Source: a virus. From it: a stretch of DNA of 32,331 nt. Location of the stretch: the UHGV virus genome UHGV-0737708; one strand, 5' to 3'. Made by a program: the position numbers and the translations under genes. This document shows positions 27,759 to 32,331 of this stretch, piece after piece (the first letter of the stretch is position 1; each line of letters opens with the position of its first letter). Below the pieces are notes generated by a model, which saw only the letters and a list, made by a program, of their open reading frames with translations, made no database searches and had not been told where the DNA came from.

Positions 27759-28327
27759 TAGTTCCACTCCACACTTGCAATATTCTTTATATTGTTTAGT
27801 GATTTATTGCAGTAGTGGAATGTTTCAGTTTTGCCGTATTCAATCCCGCCTATACCCACATCCAGTAATCTCTTTATTGCTCTTTCAGTGGCTAAAGCAT
27901 GTTTCATTGATGGCATTTCACCAGCAAAGACAATATCAAAGTTATGACCGGGATTGCGTACACCCAGATTAATGCGTCGCTTGATGATTGACTTTGTTAC
28001 ACCAAATTTACCAATATCCCCTGATTTCATTACATAGAGATAAGGCACACCCGCTTTATATTGAAAGTAATCACTTTTGAGACATGCACAGCGTTTACCT
28101 TCATTAAGCAGGTTGGTAGCTGATTTGTCGGCTCTATTGCCGCATCGGGTACATGTAAGAGCAATTCTTGAATGAAGCCCTTTAAACTCACCCAGAAAGC
28201 CATGAAAGACTAACGGTAAGTCCTTCTCTTTGATGTGAGTCAGAATGCGTTGTTCTAATGCCGATGGAGTTACAGCACGGGAGGATTTAGGAGTAAAAAC
28301 AATATCTTTAGCCATCACTGGAATCAT
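27758..28327 (-). CDS. Zinc-ribbon plus GIY-YIG-like (T5orf172-type) domain protein (189 aa)
   Basis: CTRCGNR ... CAC cysteine cluster; YLYVMKSGDIGKFGVTK ... RR ... ATERAIKRLL resembles the T5orf172 / GIY-YIG-like pattern; GTGAGGT ribosome-binding site. Confidence 0.6.
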   Translation of the reverse strand: MIPVMAKDIVFTPKSSRAVTPSALEQRILTHIKEKDLPLVFHGFLGEFKGLHSRIALTCTRCGNRADKSATNLLNEGKRCACLKSDYFQYKAGVPYLYVMKSGDIGKFGVTKSIIKRRINLGVRNPGHNFDIVFAGEMPSMKHALATERAIKRLLDVGIGGIEYGKTETFHYCNKSLNNIKNIASVEWN

Positions 28328-28480
28328 ATAGACCTCACTTTTTAACTTATAGGCATAACCTCAATATGGTTGGTTTGGGATTTAGGGTCGCGTATTATAC
28401 ACATTCAGATAGAGAATGCAATAGTAAGACAATTTTCTCTAATAAATAGTAGTGAGCTTATTATTTTAGAGGAAACTACT

Positions 28481-29656
28481 ATGAAACTTGCTTACGCTGC
28501 CGAAATTCCTTTTGTTAAGAAAACTCGCGGTTTATCGCCGGAAGAGTACCAACAACGAATCATCGCTAAACTGGAACCTGCTTTCGTATTTGGTGGATTT
28601 ATCCTACCGTGGAAGGGTAATCACACTTACTTTCGAATCTACAATTTAGACACACAAGAATATAAGGACTACAAATTACGCAAACTGGAAGATACTAACG
28701 GGGGTGAGTTATTCCAGACTGAAAAGGCTGTATGGTTGAAAATGGAATCTCGTTGTAATGAGAAGGGAAAGAAATTCCTCGGATGGCAAGGAGAATGGAA
28801 AGGGCGAAATAGAACGAAAGCCCGTGTTTTGTGCCCTGAACACAATCAAATCATGACGCCATCTCTATTACATGCTCTCAAAGATGATTTCGATTTTGAT
28901 TGCAAAATCTGTATGGCTGAAAAATCCCAACGGGTAAGAAGTGGCAAGACTTTTGATGAAGTTATTAAGGACAAAGAGACAATCATCAATGCACGTTGCG
29001 AGAGTACGCCTTACACCTTCAAAGGATTCATCATAAACACCCCACACCTAAAGGATGTTAAATTTAAAACTCATTGCAAGACACATAACCACGAATGGGA
29101 ATCTCATTTAAGATGTGCTGATTCTTTCACTTGTCCGCTTTGCATTAAAGACCAACTGGTGCAACTGTCTAGCCGGACTTATCAGGGTAAGGCTAGTTTC
29201 TACATTCAATTATTAGATGACAAATTTATTAAATTTGGAATCACTACCCGGAAACCAGAAGAACGAATGAGAGAGCAAACCAGAAAGAGCAACTTCACTC
29301 ACCGCTTAATCTTTACTCATGAGTTTGAGGATGGTTGGAAAGCCGTTGATTTAGAGCATGAAGTAAAACAACGCTTCAAGACTCATGCAGCACCCTACAA
29401 AGATTTCAAGGATGGATGGTCGGAAACTCTGACTATTGATGAGTTGCCACACTTACAGCAACTGGTTTATGACTACCTAACCAATCAACCGGACGAGGCT
29501 AATATGTGGGTATCCCCGAAAGATGTATTTGATGACGATACATTCAAGCTACATACTCACTTCTACGGCATCAATAAACCGGAATTTTTCTGTATTGATG
29601 ACGACAGTCCTGATTTAATGGATGAATACTTTAATGCTCTCTTAGACGCTGCCTAA
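28481..29656 (+). CDS. Zinc-ribbon plus C-terminal GIY-YIG-like (T5orf172-type) domain protein (about 391 aa from ATG at 28481; the track start 28370 is not an ATG)
   Basis: AGAGGA ribosome-binding site before ATG 28481; Cys pairs CPEHN ... CKIC and CKTHNHEW ... CPLC; FYIQLLDDKFIKFGITTRKPEERMREQ ... LEHEVKQRF matches the same domain pattern as the 189-aa protein. Confidence 0.6.
   Translation: MKLAYAAEIPFVKKTRGLSPEEYQQRIIAKLEPAFVFGGFILPWKGNHTYFRIYNLDTQEYKDYKLRKLEDTNGGELFQTEKAVWLKMESRCNEKGKKFLGWQGEWKGRNRTKARVLCPEHNQIMTPSLLHALKDDFDFDCKICMAEKSQRVRSGKTFDEVIKDKETIINARCESTPYTFKGFIINTPHLKDVKFKTHCKTHNHEWESHLRCADSFTCPLCIKDQLVQLSSRTYQGKASFYIQLLDDKFIKFGITTRKPEERMREQTRKSNFTHRLIFTHEFEDGWKAVDLEHEVKQRFKTHAAPYKDFKDGWSETLTIDELPHLQQLVYDYLTNQPDEANMWVSPKDVFDDDTFKLHTHFYGINKPEFFCIDDDSPDLMDEYFNALLDAA
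28671..28724 (+). repeat. 54-nt segment inside the 28481..29656 gene, exactly repeated at 32278..32331
   Basis: Base-by-base comparison: ACAAATTACGCAAACTGGAAGATACTAACGGGGGTGAGTTATTCCAGACTGAAA at both places. Confidence 0.9.
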
Positions 29657-29684
29657 CGCAATTAAATTAAAAATGGGTACAGAT

Positions 29685-29700
29685 GTACCCCTTAAAGTGT
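29685..29700. terminator. Perfect palindrome GGGTACA-GA-TGTACCC between convergent genes
   Basis: 16-bp dyad read directly; A/T-rich on the minus-strand downstream side. Could alternatively be a recombinase site. Confidence 0.4.
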
Positions 29701-29729
29701 TTAGCTCGTTATACGTCGATTTAGGCCGC

Positions 29730-31409
29730 TTAAATTCCAAATTCCTGTAATGGACCTGGTATTTCTTCCACTGGTTTCCAGTTCTTATCTGTCAGCATGT
29801 CTAAACATGGATGCAGAACAAGCCCGTTGCTCTCCAGAATCTGCCTATCATTGATAGTCTTCAAATCGACAAATATTTGTCCTTTCCTCGTTCCTCTTGA
29901 ATTTTCTATTACAACTCTCTGGGTCTTTCCATCGATGTATTCCAGTACAAACAAGTTTTTGTTTCTGTCAATCCTGCTACACCCGATCCGCTTTAGAGCT
30001 TGCTTAATCTTAAACCGGACCTTTAGTCGTTCCTCGTTGTAAACATCTTCTAAATCAAATTCTGCGAGCTTCTCCCAGCCTTGAGAGTCAACAGAATACA
30101 TTTCCTCTTCTGCCATCTTGATCTGATTGTAGAGTGTTTCACGCTCGCTATTGAGGGTAGTAATCTGATCGGCTAGCTCCTTCGTTGCTCCTGTCATAGC
30201 AGAAAGGGCAATCAGGTTATCAATCTTGCGTGATATTTCATCAACCTGTACTTTCAACGCCGGAACCGGATTAGCCTTGTCCTCAGCAATCCAGATTTTA
30301 TCAGCCAGCAATTGCAATACAGCTTTCTCTAATTGATCACCTCGAAAACTCCAGTTTGGATGCTCGCAATCAAGTCTACGTGAACGGGTCGCATCACATG
30401 TATAACGATACTGGTCAGAACGTTTGTTCGTTCCCTTCACTTTAACCATAGCGCAACCGCAATGATCACATTTCAATAGGCCAATACCACTAAGCAGGGG
30501 GATCGGTTTAACTTCTTCCTTGTCTCCAAAGTTCCATGCTCTAGCACCAATATTTTTCTTAAGGTGATAGAACGTAGGGTCATCAATAACACGAGGGTAA
30601 TAATCCTTTAACTCATAGTTAACGCCATCTACAGAGACCTCCTTGATACCAATCAAAGCGCGGGTATGAAACAACCTTTCAACCATTGCCCGTGACCATT
30701 TTGAATGCTTCTTGTTGCTAACCGCTGGTGGCGGTGTATAAGTCTCGTTAAGGTGATCCAGTATTTCGGCGGTTGAACGTCCATTCTTCCGTAATTCCAC
30801 AATCTCCTGAACAACAGGGAAGTACACCGGATGAGGCAGCACATAACCGGAAGTGGTATCCGTCCACCACATATTCTTTCCAACTTCCTCGATTGCCACT
30901 GCCGGATTCTGGGGATTTTCTTGATGGGCTTTAATCTTAATCAGTGCGCTTGAGTTAGTACGATTGCGCTTAGTCTGGCTTTCCTCATTACCACGGATGA
31001 ATAAAAGGATGGAGAACATCAGGTCCATCGGATTAGCGGTAACAGTATCCAGCGAGTAGATCTTGTTATCCATGCCAGTAACAATGGTTATTCCCCTACG
31101 GATGATTGAAAGGAATAACTCCTGCGCACTGACAATATCGGCACGGGATAAACGGTCCAAGTTTTCGATGAATAGCCAGCTACCAACAGGAACGGATCTA
31201 CCTATTGCATCAAGGAAACGAGATAGCGCCCCTGTTTTGGAGTTAGCACCTTTAAACGCAGATACACCCAGATCCTGATAATCATTTACCAGTTCTAAGT
31301 CATACTTTGCCGCAATCTCTCTCGCCATCCTGATTTGTCGTTCATAACTCGAACCATCACTCTGACGCATAGACGAGAAGCGAATATACGAATACAGTTT
31401 AGTTTTCAT
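29730..31409 (-). CDS. Large serine recombinase (about 559 aa from ATG at 31409; the track start 31424 is a TTG)
   Basis: N-terminal resolvase-type catalytic domain (YSYIRFSSMRQSDGSSYERQ with the R-x-S nucleophile context, ENLDRLSR); central recombinase domain; Cys cluster CDHCGC ... C ... C; C-terminal coiled coil. Confidence 0.8.
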   Translation of the reverse strand: MKTKLYSYIRFSSMRQSDGSSYERQIRMAREIAAKYDLELVNDYQDLGVSAFKGANSKTGALSRFLDAIGRSVPVGSWLFIENLDRLSRADIVSAQELFLSIIRRGITIVTGMDNKIYSLDTVTANPMDLMFSILLFIRGNEESQTKRNRTNSSALIKIKAHQENPQNPAVAIEEVGKNMWWTDTTSGYVLPHPVYFPVVQEIVELRKNGRSTAEILDHLNETYTPPPAVSNKKHSKWSRAMVERLFHTRALIGIKEVSVDGVNYELKDYYPRVIDDPTFYHLKKNIGARAWNFGDKEEVKPIPLLSGIGLLKCDHCGCAMVKVKGTNKRSDQYRYTCDATRSRRLDCEHPNWSFRGDQLEKAVLQLLADKIWIAEDKANPVPALKVQVDEISRKIDNLIALSAMTGATKELADQITTLNSERETLYNQIKMAEEEMYSVDSQGWEKLAEFDLEDVYNEERLKVRFKIKQALKRIGCSRIDRNKNLFVLEYIDGKTQRVVIENSRGTRKGQIFVDLKTINDRQILESNGLVLHPCLDMLTDKNWKPVEEIPGPLQEFGI

Positions 31410-31430
31410 ACCATTTCCAAACAAAAACGC

Positions 31431-31460
31431 CCCTACCGCGTATTATAACGATAGGGGCAT
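31431..31460 (-). terminator. Hairpin terminator after the leftward gene ending at 31475; its loop contains TATAAT
   Basis: Minus strand: GCCCCTA ... TAGGGGC stem followed by GTTTTTGTTT; the loop TATAAT could serve as a -10 for the recombinase gene. Confidence 0.45.
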
Positions 31461-31474
31461 TGGTTAGTAAGTCA

Positions 31475-31720
31475 TTAATATTTCTTTCCAGTTAGTTTTG
31501 CATCACGTTTATTAATATCCTCGATATGACTCCATACACACGCAGTAATAAAGTCGTCATCGTCACCAACTCCGGCAACCTGTGCTAATTCAGTACACAG
31601 TTGATTTAAAGAAGGTGCAACGGCAGCACGCTTGACACTATCACCCTGTACATATTGTTCGGCATTTGCAGCACCAACCAAACCCAGAGCAAGAACGATA
31701 CCAGCGATAATCTTTTTCAT
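31475..31720 (-). CDS. Small secreted protein with cleavable signal peptide (81 aa; predicted cleavage after ANA)
   Basis: MKKIIAGIVLALGLVGAANA-EQ signal peptide; AGAGGA ribosome-binding site. Confidence 0.5.
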   Translation of the reverse strand: MKKIIAGIVLALGLVGAANAEQYVQGDSVKRAAVAPSLNQLCTELAQVAGVGDDDDFITACVWSHIEDINKRDAKLTGKKY

Positions 31721-31749
31721 AATAGAATCCTCTTTGTTATTTGAATTAA

Positions 31750-32091
31750 TTAGTCTTTGAAGTCGATGGTCACGTTACCTTTAAGGGCAAGTTCCATTAA
31801 ACAACTGCGCTCATCCTTCATGCTCTTACACAATTTCATCCCGTAAACAACGAGATTATCTTTCTCTTTCCAATATTTTTGTTTATCTGCATAAACCTCG
31901 CTATATTCACTGTCTTTGAGTGAGAGAGCATTTTCTAACTGGCTAATCTCCTGATTCAGATCCTTAATCTCGGCCTTATTTGACCGGATAGTCTCTTGAT
32001 GTTGAGTATCGGAATAGTCATACCCACAAACAAATCCACCGATGCCACCAACACACACAGAAACAATAATTGCGTAGATAGTCTTTTTCAT
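31750..32091 (-). CDS. Small membrane-anchored protein with periplasmic coiled coil (113 aa)
   Basis: MKKTIYAIIVSVCVGGIGGFVCG hydrophobic N-terminus; AGAGGA ribosome-binding site nearly identical to that of the downstream gene. Confidence 0.5.
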   Translation of the reverse strand: MKKTIYAIIVSVCVGGIGGFVCGYDYSDTQHQETIRSNKAEIKDLNQEISQLENALSLKDSEYSEVYADKQKYWKEKDNLVVYGMKLCKSMKDERSCLMELALKGNVTIDFKD

Positions 32092-32132
32092 AATTGAATC
32101 CTCTTTGAATGAATTACGATATATTTATATCG

Positions 32133-32258
32133 TTAAAAGTTGATGCTGATTACCAGACCAAACACAACCGCACCAATCAAATCAATCCAGTTAATACACA
32201 ATCCGCTATATTCTTTCTTGAATGTCTTAGATGAAATGCCATCATGAAATTGTTTCAT
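32133..32258 (-). CDS. Very small hydrophobic protein (41 aa), not in the ORF track
   Basis: Hand translation of the minus strand: MKQFHDGISSKTFKKEYSGLCINWIDLIGAVVFGLVISINF; GGGGTGAGCA ribosome-binding site; co-oriented with the two downstream small genes. Confidence 0.3.
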   Translation of the reverse strand: MKQFHDGISSKTFKKEYSGLCINWIDLIGAVVFGLVISINF

Positions 32259-32277
32259 TGCTCACCCCATACTAACG

Positions 32278-32331
32278 ACAAATTACGCAAACTGGAAGAT
32301 ACTAACGGGGGTGAGTTATTCCAGACTGAAA
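32278..32331 (+). repeat. Window-terminal 54-nt exact copy of 28671..28724
   Basis: Exact identity read directly; sequence upstream of 32278 is unrelated to that upstream of 28671. Confidence 0.9.

Noticed and set aside
28370-28480. ORF-track starts at 28370, 27767 and 31424
   Set aside because: The first codon at 27767 is GTG and at 31424 is TTG, and 28370 is likewise not an ATG; ATG codons with ribosome-binding sites at 28481, 27758 and 31409 give more plausible N-termini.
32230-32331. Group I intron or intein explanation for the repeat at the window end
   Set aside because: Only 54 nt of identity is visible, with no recognisable intron core pairings or splice-site context; cannot be distinguished from a truncated paralogue or assembly join without more sequence.
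1-32331. CRISPR arrays or rRNA genes
   Set aside because: No regularly spaced direct repeats with unique spacers and no long non-coding high-structure stretches were seen; the window is densely protein-coding.

Overview
The window reads as a contiguous piece of a tailed, siphovirus-like bacteriophage genome, with codon usage and ribosome-binding sites typical of an enterobacterial host. No database search was possible; every family assignment below rests on motifs read by eye and on gene order, and similarity to lambda and T4 proteins is from memory. Left to right: three small rightward early-type genes (an acidic protein, an unknown, a Rha-like regulator), two leftward small genes, then a long rightward morphogenesis operon. 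That operon runs GpA-type large terminase, portal, a fused prohead protease-scaffold-major capsid gene, head-tail genes, a 1177-aa tail fibre with a C-terminal intramolecular chaperone, major tail protein, two tail chaperones, tape measure, minor tail proteins and a lambda J-like tip protein. A small lysis-type cluster ending in an M15 peptidase endolysin follows. The right end is an accessory island: a leftward UvsW-like helicase translationally coupled to a GIY-YIG-like (T5orf172-type) protein, a divergent second T5orf172-type zinc-ribbon protein, a large serine recombinase and small exported proteins. The most unusual signal is a homologous ~170-nt module placed directly after the UGA stop of both the major capsid gene and the major tail gene. 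Read in frame through the UGA, each gives an acidic linker ending in a conserved basic tail, followed by near-identical terminators, which suggests programmed stop-codon readthrough. Other points of note are a probable -1 shift between the two tail chaperone genes at a terminal AAG-UAA, a 54-nt exact copy of internal coding sequence at the window edge, and a recurring extended Shine-Dalgarno motif. No tRNA, rRNA or CRISPR array was seen.
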